A DNA stretch of 64,000 bases from an uncultured delta proteobacterium (lineage in GTDB: Bacteria; Desulfobacterota; DSM-4660; Desulfatiglandales; HGW-15), in the NCBI GenBank assembly GCA_963815145.1, contig CAWFFS010000010.1:178860-242859 (forward strand), read 5' to 3'. Positions 9,414 to 18,116 of the stretch are shown piece by piece. Made by a program: the position numbers and the translations under genes. Position 1 is the first letter of the stretch. Every line of letters begins with the position of its first letter. The notes under the pieces are model-generated. The model was not told where the DNA came from, did not search any database, and was given only the letters and a program-made list of their open reading frames with translations.

Positions 9414-10386
9414 TCAACTCCCCAGCACAGTATCTTTTTCTACCCTGTTTCCCCTGAGAAAATCCCCCACCAGTATTCTTTTTTTACCCGGAAGTTGTAT
9501 CTCTCCCATTTGGATTATTCCCCTGCCCGTTTCAACAAGAAACCTCTTATTATCATCCACTGTAACCCGTCCTGGTCTCCCGGATACAATATCCCTGTCT
9601 TTTACAACCGGAGAAAAGACCTTGATCTTTTTTCCATTCATCACCGTTGCAGCGCCCGGGGAAGGAATCCATTGCGCGTATGAGAGAAGAAATCTTTACG
9701 GCATCCAAGCCCCAGTGTATCTCGGTCATCTCCCTCGTAATCTTTGAAGCATAGGTTGCACGTGTATCATCCTGGAGTACTTCAACCGGTGCCTTTTCTG
9801 CCGACTCTTTGAGAAACCTTATGATCACATCACCTGAAAGTTCAGCCAGCCTGTCAAACAGTTGCCCGGCTGTTTCATGCTCTTTTATCGGCGTCTCCTC
9901 CACATAAAGTATCGGCCCCCGGTCCAGGCCTTTTTCCATTTTCATAATGGTAACACCTGTAACCGGTTCGTTATCCAGTATTGCCCATTGTATAGGAGCC
10001 GCCCCGCGGTACCTGGGAAGAATGGATGCATGTATGTTTAAAGCGCCGTATTTCGGTATTGAAAGGACATCCTTATCAAGTATCTGTCCAAAGGCTGCAA
10101 CAATGAAAAGATCCGGTTTCATTGACCTGAGTTCGTCGATAAACGCCCGGTCGTTTACATTTTCCGGCTGAAGGACCTTTAAATTGTGCTCCAGTGCAGT
10201 CTCTTTTACAGGGCAGCTCGATACGCACCGCCCTCTTCCCCTTGGCCTGTCAGGCTGAGTAACAACAGCGGTGATATTATGACCTTTTTCAATCAGATTT
10301 TTAAGGGCTGGCACAGCAAAATCCGGCGTTCCCATGTAAATGATCCTCGGGATGCGAGGAAACCGGCAATCAAGGCTCTGTTCCAT
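9414..10386 (-). CDS. fmt: methionyl-tRNA formyltransferase, reading frame broken by a 1-nt homopolymer indel (fragments 9553..10386 and 9414..9644)
   Basis: N-terminal fragment has 'IIYMGTPDFAVPAL' and 'NIHASILPRYRGAAPIQWAI'. The C-terminal beta-barrel continues in the adjacent frame ('PGAATVMNGKKIKVF...'). The frames join at CCCGGGG, 9655-9661. Confidence 0.9.
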
Positions 10387-10395
10387 AGTATTCTG

Positions 10396-10908
10396 TTAGT
10401 TACCTTTACTGAGAATTTTCTTTAAACGCTTTTTATACAAGGATCTTTTTATGGAGCTGATGTGATCGATAAAAAGGATGCCGTCCAGATGATCGATCTC
10501 ATGCTGCAGGCAAACAGCATGCAGCCCCTCCGCCTCTATCTCTATTGGGTTCCCGTCACGATCCAGTGCCTTTACACATACTTTTTCACTTCTTTTTACA
10601 TCGGCTGAATATTCATACACGCTGAGGCATGCCTCTTCATATACGATTGAACCTTCGCAGGACACTATTTCCGGATTTATAATCACGTTTATATTATTTC
10701 CTTCCTCGGCTGGTGTGATATCATATACAACCAGCCTTAAGGGCTCGCCTACCTGAACGGCTGCGAGTCCTATTCCAGGGGCCTTGTACATGGTTTCAGT
10801 CATGGAATCGATCAGTTCCTGGATATTTCCATCAATATTCTCTACCCGTACGGCCTTTGATCTCAATATCGGGTCCGGATATCTAAATATATTCAGTGTA
10901 TCGCTCAT
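10396..10908 (-). CDS. def: peptide deformylase
   Basis: Three deformylase motifs: 'GIGLAAVQVG', 'EACLSV', 'QHEIDHLDG'. Confidence 0.95.
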   Translation of the reverse strand: MSDTLNIFRYPDPILRSKAVRVENIDGNIQELIDSMTETMYKAPGIGLAAVQVGEPLRLVVYDITPAEEGNNINVIINPEIVSCEGSIVYEEACLSVYEYSADVKRSEKVCVKALDRDGNPIEIEAEGLHAVCLQHEIDHLDGILFIDHISSIKRSLYKKRLKKILSKGN

Positions 10909-11045
10909 TTATCTCCTGCCATATTTTTTTTCTGTCTATACTATAAAATAACCATAATAACCACACTTTAAATAGCAAAAATCCGCTCCATGCCCATTAA
11001 ATCCGACTTGACATTTAAGGCTCTTATCCATATTGAAAGATTATT

Positions 11046-11636
11046 ATGAAAAATATAATAAATTTTCTTTTTGAAGCGGGCATGCTTAAAAAAACACCCC
11101 GGACAGGTTATCAGTTCCTGGGTACCGGAGAGGAATCCGTAGCGGACCATTCCTTCAGGATGACAATAATCGGTTATATCCTTGCAGGTGAAATACCGGG
11201 AGCAGACCGCAATAAAACAGTTCTGATGTGCCTTTTCCATGATCTCCATGAGGCCAGGACCGGAGACCAGAACTATGTAAATAAAAGGTATAACACCGTA
11301 AATGAAAAAAAGGCAGTCTCTCATATGACCGCGGGCCTTTCCTTCGGTAAGGAGATAGCAGGACTCACTGATGAATTCAACCTGGGAGAAAGTCTCGAGG
11401 CAACGATTGCAAAAGATGCCGACCAGCTCGATCTTATTCTTGAACTCAAAGAGCAGAAGGACCTGGGAAACAAATACGCGGATGAATGGCTTTTTTATGC
11501 AAAAAAAAGGCTTATCAATGATAAGGCCAGGGAACTGGCAGAGGAGATCCTCAAAACGGATCATACGGAATGGTGGTTTGATAAAAGAATTGATCTGTGG
11601 GTAAATGGGACTAAAAACAACAATAATATCAAGTAA
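11046..11636 (+). CDS. HD domain-containing phosphohydrolase (YfbR-like 5'-nucleotidase type)
   Basis: 'RTGYQFLGTGEESVADHSFRM' and 'HDLHEARTGD' (H...HD...D metal ligands). Confidence 0.75.
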   Translation: MKNIINFLFEAGMLKKTPRTGYQFLGTGEESVADHSFRMTIIGYILAGEIPGADRNKTVLMCLFHDLHEARTGDQNYVNKRYNTVNEKKAVSHMTAGLSFGKEIAGLTDEFNLGESLEATIAKDADQLDLILELKEQKDLGNKYADEWLFYAKKRLINDKARELAEEILKTDHTEWWFDKRIDLWVNGTKNNNNIK

Positions 11637-12204
11637 TTTCACCACAACTTCCAAAATTAAGAAGGCCGCCCTGGGTGTATCATTAATTTCACACCTGGTT
11701 CTCTTTATAATCATCCAGCAGTTTATGCCTCAACTATGGCAGACAACTGAGCTTAAGACCTATAAGGTAGACTTTGTAAGGGATGCCATTGATGATATCC
11801 CGTTAGAAAAGATTGATGAACAAAACCGTGAGAACAGCCTGAAAAAAATAATAGAGTCAAACAGGAATAACGAGGAGACCATATCTCTCGATACCAGAGA
11901 TAAGAGATATGTCTCCTATACCAGTATCTTAAAAAAAAGACTTGCATCATACTGGGGATACCCGAGAGAAGCAAAGGAAAAGCTCATGGAAGGGAAATCA
12001 CATGTACTTTTCAGCCTGTCAAGGGAAGGCATGCTGACGGGCATTACAGTTGTCGATTCATCAGGTCATGAGATACTAGACAGGGAAGCAGTTGATGCCA
12101 TTAAACGATCGTCACCCTTTCCTCCGTTCCCTGACTCCATCACTGCCGGCAGACTCAATATAAACGTGACCTTTGACTATCGTCTCACGACTAAAAAAAA
12201 ATGA
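11605..12204 (+). CDS. TonB-family C-terminal domain protein (energy transducer-like)
   Basis: N-terminal TM helix. C-terminus 'YPREAKEKLMEGKSHVLFSLSREGMLTGITVVDSSGHEILDREAVDAIKRSSPFPPFP' is TonB_C-like. Confidence 0.6.
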   Translation: MGLKTTIISSNFTTTSKIKKAALGVSLISHLVLFIIIQQFMPQLWQTTELKTYKVDFVRDAIDDIPLEKIDEQNRENSLKKIIESNRNNEETISLDTRDKRYVSYTSILKKRLASYWGYPREAKEKLMEGKSHVLFSLSREGMLTGITVVDSSGHEILDREAVDAIKRSSPFPPFPDSITAGRLNINVTFDYRLTTKKK

Positions 12205-12325
12205 TCGAAAGTCATGTAATATCCGTTAGTATCGAGTTAGAACATGCTTGACTCAAATCAAAATATGCTTATTTTAAAAGGCTTGAAAGATTCAAAATAT
12301 CCATATCCAGTAAACCGGGGTTATA

Positions 12326-13260
12326 ATGGCAGCAGGAAAAGACTACTATAAGATTCTGGGTGTTTCCAAAACAGCCACAGATGATGCGATAAAAAAGGCA
12401 TACAGAAAACTGGCCATGAAATATCATCCTGACCGCAATAAGGATGACAAGACCGCCGAGAGCAGGTTCAAGGACATAAGCGAGGCATATGCGGTACTAA
12501 GTAATAAGGAAAAAAGACAGCAATATGACATGTTCGGCTCGGAGAGGTTTCAAAATAAATTTTCCCAGGAAGATATTTTCCGCGATTTTGATTTCGGGAG
12601 CATTTTCAGCGAATTCGGATTCGGCGGCAGAGGACGGGGCAACTTCGGGAATATCTTCGGCGGGATGGGAGGAAACTCGTTCAGGGGGGAGGATCTCCTT
12701 TCAACGGCTCATTCAGCGGCCGCCCTCAGCCGGTAAAGGGAAAAGACATTATTTATGAGCTGTCCCTCAACCTTGAAGACACGATAGAAAGTTCGGAAAA
12801 GCTGATTGCCTATCACAGGGATAATTCAAACCAGGAAAAGATATCAGTCAAAGTCCCGGCAGGGATTTCAACCGGTAAAAAACTCAGGCTTACCGGAAAG
12901 GGAAACCCGGGCATAAACGGCGGCCCCCAGGGTGATCTTTATATACAGATAAGGATTCTGGAGCATCCTCTCTTCAAAAGGGATGGAGACGATCTCATAA
13001 TAACACGAAATATAAAATTCACGGAGGCTGTGCTCGGTACTGAAATAGAGGTGCCCACCATCGATAAAAAGACCCTGAGGCTCAAGGTTCCGCCCGGAAC
13101 CCAGAATAACGCAAAATTCAGGCTCAAGGATTACGGCATCCCCCACATGAACAGCAAGGGACGGGGTGATGCTTTTGTCTCAATCAATATTGAGATCCCG
13201 AGGGATCTTACAAACAAACAGGAGGAAACAATTAAAAAGCTTTCCGAGCTTGGATTGTAG
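12326..13260 (+). CDS. DnaJ-class co-chaperone without zinc finger (CbpA-like), frame broken by a 1-nt indel in a G6 run
   Basis: J domain '[33 protein letters not shown]' followed by a G/F-rich region. The C-terminal substrate-binding domains ('[16 protein letters not shown]...[22 protein letters not shown]...') are open in the next frame from about 12685 to 13260. Confidence 0.85.
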
Positions 13261-13266
13261 TAAAAT

Positions 13267-14235
13267 ATGAAGGCAATATCCATTTTTTCAGGCGGGCTGG
13301 ACAGCCTCCTGGCCGCTCTCCTGATAAAGGAATCAGGCATAGATGTTATGCCTGTTTTTTTTACCACACCTTTTTTCACCCCTGAAAAGGCAATAAACTC
13401 GGCCGATAAAAACAACCTGCCGCTCAGGATAGTTGATATAACAGACAGATACTTTTCTTTACTCAGGGCGCCAAAACACGGTTTCGGAGGAAACATGAAT
13501 CCCTGCATCGACTGCCATGCCCTGATGCTCAGGCTCGCAGGAGAGATGCTGGAAGAGGAAAAGGCAGATTTCATCATAAGCGGAGAGGTGCTTGGTCAGC
13601 GTCCAATGTCCCAGAACAGGGGTTCGCTATCCATAGTGGAAAAGGAAAGTACGATGAAAGGCCTTGTCATAAGGCCGCTTTCAGCGAAACTTCTGCCAAA
13701 AACCCTCCCCGAGATCAATGGCTGGGTTGATGAAAAAATCCTGCTGGCCTTATCGGGACGGACCAGAAAGCCGCAGATGAAACTTGCAGAAAAATTAAAT
13801 GTCAGGGATTATCCTGCCCCTGCAGGGGGATGCCTCCTTACGGACCCGATCTTCAGCAGAAGGCTTAAAGACCTCATGGACAACAGCCCCGATTTTACGA
13901 GAAATGAAATAGAACTGCTCAAACTTGGGCGTCACTTCCGTATCAGCCCTGATACTAAAATTGTAGTAGGAAGGAACCTGGAAGAAAATGAAAGGATACT
14001 GGAACTTTCAAACGACTGCGGCTATACGCTCAATACAATAACTGTTCCGGGTCCGGTTGTTCATGTGTCAGGCAAAAGATCCCAGGAAACAGATATGCTC
14101 GCCTCATCCATGACTGTATCATACAGCGATGCAAAGGATGGAGAAATCGAAATAGCCTTAAATCAAAATGGAAAAAGGGAGTTACTCCTGGTTCAATGGA
14201 GAGATAAAAGCGAATTCTTGCATTACATGATTTAA
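13267..14235 (+). CDS. PP-loop ATP pyrophosphatase family protein (ThiI/MnmA-like tRNA thiolation-type)
   Basis: PP-loop 'IFSGGLDS', 'NPCIDCH', 'ISGEVLGQRPMSQ' (resembles ThiI 'GESLGQVASQ'). Confidence 0.55.
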   Translation: MKAISIFSGGLDSLLAALLIKESGIDVMPVFFTTPFFTPEKAINSADKNNLPLRIVDITDRYFSLLRAPKHGFGGNMNPCIDCHALMLRLAGEMLEEEKADFIISGEVLGQRPMSQNRGSLSIVEKESTMKGLVIRPLSAKLLPKTLPEINGWVDEKILLALSGRTRKPQMKLAEKLNVRDYPAPAGGCLLTDPIFSRRLKDLMDNSPDFTRNEIELLKLGRHFRISPDTKIVVGRNLEENERILELSNDCGYTLNTITVPGPVVHVSGKRSQETDMLASSMTVSYSDAKDGEIEIALNQNGKRELLLVQWRDKSEFLHYMI

Positions 14236-14296
14236 TCTTCCGGAAGCGGACAAGTTTTCCCGCTGCCCTGCGGCCGGATAGTTCATTTTCTTTTTA

Positions 14297-15135
14297 TTAC
14301 TGTTTAAAAAGCCTTTCCCAGAAAGACTTCTCCTTTATTTCCCTGAGGCGTTCGTTGTTCTCTGCCAGGGTCCGGTTTCTGGTCTCGATCCGCCCTTCTA
14401 TTACATGAATCTGCTGGTTGAATTCCTGTATACTGGACTCTATGTCTAGTATGGCGATCTTTTCCTTTCTTAACGCATCATCATTATATGACTTCAGGCT
14501 CTTCCGGGCCTCGGCCTTTTTTTTTCTAGATCGGCCAGCTTTGCTTTTTCACTATCTATCTGGGCCGTAATTTTCCTGTTCTCATCAAGTATAGTCTCCT
14601 GCTTTTCCATAGTCAGATACAGGTAGGAAAACCCGGCCAGGGCAATAATAAGAATGATAATCAGGATTTTTGCTAAGCTCGAAAATATTCTGAATAGGCC
14701 TGGGAAGATATTGAACCTGCCAAAAAATCCGCTTATTGAATCTGCCTTTGTATATTTGACATCGCTACCTTTTACCTGCTGCCATATTTTTTCTATTGCA
14801 ACGGTGATTTCGTTTACGTCACCGGATAAAGCAGCTCCCAGTTTGCCTGAGATGCATTCATCCCTGACTTCATTGCTTCCTGAAATCATGTCAAAGGCTG
14901 TTTTTTCAAAACTGTCCATAGTCTTATCAGTGTTGACTTCAACGGCAAACTTTCCCGGAAACTGTTTTTTGAGCGCCCTGATATCATCCTTCAACACGGA
15001 CAGGTTATTTTTTAAAAGGGTTCCTATTTTAGTGAGGTAGATATTTTCTCCAAGATATTCATTCGCAACGGAAAGAAGGAGTGTATTGTCCCGTATATTT
15101 CTGAGAGACTGAAAATCCGGCTGATTCATGCTCAT
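14297..15135 (-). CDS. coiled-coil membrane protein, unknown function, frame broken at a T9/A9 run (annotated ORF 14494..15135 plus a 74-codon hidden extension)
   Basis: TM helix 'ILIIILIIALAGFSYLYL' followed by a coiled coil. After A9 (14517-14525) an open frame continues with 'KAEARKSLKSYNDDALRKEKIAILDIESSIQEFNQQIHVIEGRIETRNRTLAENNERLREIKEKSFWERLFKQ*', with the stop at 14297-14299. Confidence 0.5.
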
Positions 15136-15477
15136 TTTTTAAACCTTTTCATTATTTTCAGGTATAACTATCAATACATGCTTTGTATGACAGAATCTAC
15201 CTTAACTGAAAATCAGGCATATATTAAATATGCATATTTTGTTTTTTACAGTAATAACAATGGGTAAATACAACAAAAATTTTTTTTTTTCAAAAGAAAT
15301 TGACAAACCCGAAAAATATCAAGTAGAACACAGAAGAATTGAAAGACCAATTCATAAAATCATTTCCCTGTTTAGTCCTGCATGTAAATAAGATCACCAG
15401 GGTTTAAGTTTTATATTATTTCGGTTTAGACCGGCATATGAATAAATTAGTTTTGCAAAACAGGCTTGGAACTTGAT

Positions 15478-15708
15478 ATGGCTGAAAAGAAAAAAGGTAG
15501 AATAAAAATAAACAGCGAACTTTGCAAAGGTTGTTATCTTTGCATTTCAGTTTGCCCCGGGCAGATAATTTCAGTATCTGAAAGTCTCAATCATCAGGGT
15601 TATTATCCTGCAAAAAGTACGGACGATCCGGAAGACGTAAAATGTACAGGATGCGCAATGTGTGCAACCATGTGTCCTGATGTTGCAATTGAGGTTTACC
15701 GTGACTAA
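15478..15708 (+). CDS. 2-oxoacid:ferredoxin oxidoreductase delta subunit (2x[4Fe-4S] ferredoxin)
   Basis: 'CKGCYLCISVCP' and 'CTGCAMCATMCP' cluster motifs. It is the first gene of a four-gene operon. Confidence 0.8.
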   Translation: MAEKKKGRIKINSELCKGCYLCISVCPGQIISVSESLNHQGYYPAKSTDDPEDVKCTGCAMCATMCPDVAIEVYRD

Positions 15709-16765
15709 AGAAAAAGTATTGATGAGTGGAAACCATGTTATCGGTGAGGCCGCGGTAAGGGCCGGCTGCAGATTTTACGCCGGCTACCCGATTACCCCTC
15801 AGAATGAGCTGACCGAATACATGGCAGGAGCAATGGCCAGGCTGGATGATGGCACGTTTATACAGGCAGAAAGTGAGATAGCCGCTATAAATATGCTTAT
15901 AGGTGCCTCCATGGCAGGTGCAAGGGTAATGACCAGTTCATCAAGCCCGGGAATAAGCCTTAAGCAGGAGGGGATTTCCTTTTTATCCGCCCTCGAGCTT
16001 CCGGCTATAATTGTAAACTGTATGAGAGGCGGACCCGGTCTGGGAAATATCGCTCCTTCACAGGGTGATTACTTCCAGGCTACAAGAGGCGGAGGCCATG
16101 GCGATTACAGAAACATCGTCCTTGGGCCGGCATCAGGTCAGGAACTGGCCGATCTGGTATCCAGGGCCTTTGATTATGCTGATGAGTACAGGACACCGGT
16201 CATTATATTACTCGACGGAATGATGGGACAGATGATGGAACCGGTCGTATTTCCCGAGTACAGGGATGTTGGCACACTGCCTCCCAGACCCTGGAAAATC
16301 GATGGCGCAAAGGGCAGGCCCAGACGTGTCATTAAATCCCTGCTGCTGGATGTCAATGTCGAAGAAGCCCATAACTGGAAACTGTTTGAGAGATATGAGA
16401 GGATCAAAGATGAGATCCAGAAGGCTGAAACATATAGAACAGCCGATGCCAAACTCACAGTAATTGCCTATGGAACGGCTGCAAGAATCGCAAAAGGCGC
16501 TGTTGACAGGGCCAGAAAGGAAGGTCTGAAGGCAGGGCTTTTAAGGCCTGTCACCCTTTGGCCTTTTCCTGAAAGGTATCTGAAGGAAACAGCCGGAAAT
16601 AATACTGAGTTTCTGGTCTTTGAAATGAGTACAGGTCAGATGATCGAAGATGTAAAGCTTTCCCTGAATGGAAGCAGCCGGATACATTTCTATGGCCGCC
16701 CGGGAGGGCCGGTTTCGACACCTGTAGAGATTCTTGAACAGATTAAAAAATATTACCCTGAATAA
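15701..16765 (+). CDS. 2-oxoacid:ferredoxin oxidoreductase alpha subunit
   Basis: 'GNHVIGEAAVRAGCRFYAGYPITPQNE' is the typical KorA/PorA N-terminus. GTG at 15701 overlaps the delta-subunit stop. ATG at 15722 is an alternative start. Confidence 0.85.
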   Translation: MTKEKVLMSGNHVIGEAAVRAGCRFYAGYPITPQNELTEYMAGAMARLDDGTFIQAESEIAAINMLIGASMAGARVMTSSSSPGISLKQEGISFLSALELPAIIVNCMRGGPGLGNIAPSQGDYFQATRGGGHGDYRNIVLGPASGQELADLVSRAFDYADEYRTPVIILLDGMMGQMMEPVVFPEYRDVGTLPPRPWKIDGAKGRPRRVIKSLLLDVNVEEAHNWKLFERYERIKDEIQKAETYRTADAKLTVIAYGTAARIAKGAVDRARKEGLKAGLLRPVTLWPFPERYLKETAGNNTEFLVFEMSTGQMIEDVKLSLNGSSRIHFYGRPGGPVSTPVEILEQIKKYYPE

Positions 16766-16804
16766 CAGGTGGTTATCTGATTTTTTTAATGTAAGGGATG
16801 TAAA

Positions 16805-17563
16805 ATGTCTGAAACTGTTTTTTCCAAACCCAAATATCTGAAGGATGCTGTTTTACACTACTGCCCTGGCTGCGGGCATGGAATAACCCACCGTCTCGTG
16901 GCAGAAGTGATAGAAGAGCTTGATATAGGTGAAATTTCCATATGCGTTCCACCTGCCGGCTGTGCTGTTCTGGCCTATGATTATTTTGACATCGATGTCG
17001 GCGAAGCGGCCCATGGCCGTGGTGCTGCTGTTGCAACCGGTATAAAGAGAGTACTTCCCGACAGGATTGTCTTCACCTACCAGGGAGACGGGGATATGGC
17101 GGCAATAGGTACTGCCGAAACCATTCATGCAGCCAACCGGGGTGAGAAGATCACTACCATATTTATTAATAATGGGACATACGGCATGACAGGCGGACAG
17201 ATGGCGCCGACAACCATTGTCGGCCAGAGATCCACTACTACACCCGGTGGAAGGGATGTGAACAGGGATGGCAATCCCCTGAGACTCAGCGAAATGCTAG
17301 GATTGCTCGACGGAACAGTATATATCGAACGCGTTTCAGTAACATCACCCAAAAACATCAGGGCTGCAAAAAGAGCTATAAAAAAGGCATTCAAGATTCA
17401 AATGGCTAATCTGGGATATTCCCTTGTCGAGGTACTTTCCCCCTGTCCTACAAACTGGAAGATGACGCCTGTTGATTCCTGCAAATGGATAGATGAACAC
17501 ATGACAGAAACATTCCCTGTTGGCGTCATCAAGGATAAAACAGAGGGAATGGAAGAGAGGTAA
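16805..17563 (+). CDS. 2-oxoacid:ferredoxin oxidoreductase beta subunit (TPP-binding)
   Basis: 'HYCPGCGHG' and the TPP motif 'GDGDMAAIGTAETIHAANRGEKITTIFINNGTYGMTGGQ'. Confidence 0.9.
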   Translation: MSETVFSKPKYLKDAVLHYCPGCGHGITHRLVAEVIEELDIGEISICVPPAGCAVLAYDYFDIDVGEAAHGRGAAVATGIKRVLPDRIVFTYQGDGDMAAIGTAETIHAANRGEKITTIFINNGTYGMTGGQMAPTTIVGQRSTTTPGGRDVNRDGNPLRLSEMLGLLDGTVYIERVSVTSPKNIRAAKRAIKKAFKIQMANLGYSLVEVLSPCPTNWKMTPVDSCKWIDEHMTETFPVGVIKDKTEGMEER

Positions 17564-17566
17564 TCG

Positions 17567-18109
17567 ATGATAACCAAAACGGCATTTGCAGGATCAGGGG
17601 GCCAGGGAGTTCTTTCAATGGGATATATCCTGGCATTTGCGGTAATGAGAGATAAAATGAACGTCACCTACCTGCCATCCTATGGAGCTGAAGTAAGGGG
17701 CGGCACAGCAAACTGCACCGTATGTGTTTCGGATGCAGAGATAGCGTCACCTGTTGCATCATCTCCCGACTATGCTGTTGTCCTGAACAAGCCGTCGATG
17801 GTGAAATATCAGAAGCTCTTGAAAAAAGGCGGCATTATGCTGATAAACTCATCCATGGTGGATGGAGAGCCTGAGAGGGATGATATAGAAGTTATAAAGA
17901 TCCCGGCAAATAAAATAGCCCTTGAACTCGGTAATGAGAGGGCAGTAAATATGATAATGCTAGGCGCCTTTGCTGCCAGAACAGGTGTTACATCGATTGA
18001 ATCCCTCATTGGAGGCATGAGTGAGGTCCTGAAATCAAAAAAGGCCGGCCTGGTGGAACTTAACAGGATCGGGATGGAAAAGGGCGCAGAATACGCCCTC
18101 AATGCCTGA
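17567..18109 (+). CDS. 2-oxoacid:ferredoxin oxidoreductase gamma subunit
   Basis: 'FAGSGGQGVLSMG...YGAEVRGGTANC' is the typical gamma-subunit signature. Confidence 0.85.
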   Translation: MITKTAFAGSGGQGVLSMGYILAFAVMRDKMNVTYLPSYGAEVRGGTANCTVCVSDAEIASPVASSPDYAVVLNKPSMVKYQKLLKKGGIMLINSSMVDGEPERDDIEVIKIPANKIALELGNERAVNMIMLGAFAARTGVTSIESLIGGMSEVLKSKKAGLVELNRIGMEKGAEYALNA

Positions 18110-18116
18110 TTTATTT

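Noticed and set aside
9414-9644. Treating the 76-aa ORF as an independent small gene downstream of a short fmt
   Set aside because: Its sequence is the Fmt C-terminal domain, and it joins the N-terminal ORF when a single base in a homopolymer is changed.
10968-11714. 248-aa ORF antisense to the HD-domain gene
   Set aside because: No recognisable motif and an odd composition. The opposite strand encodes a protein with clear HD motifs and a proper RBS, so this is a typical shadow ORF.
12282-12306. Sigma-32-like heat-shock promoter (CTTGAAA ... CCATAT) upstream of the J-protein gene
   Set aside because: The -35-like element is good, but the spacing to the CCCCAT-like element is only about 11-12 nt against the 13-17 nt of the E. 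coli consensus. The -10 element has only CCAT. This is too weak to call.
15295-15335. Sigma-70 promoter (TTGACA at 15300) for the oxidoreductase operon
   Set aside because: No convincing -10 hexamer lies at 16-18 nt spacing, and the element is about 170 nt from the start codon. It is left uncalled.
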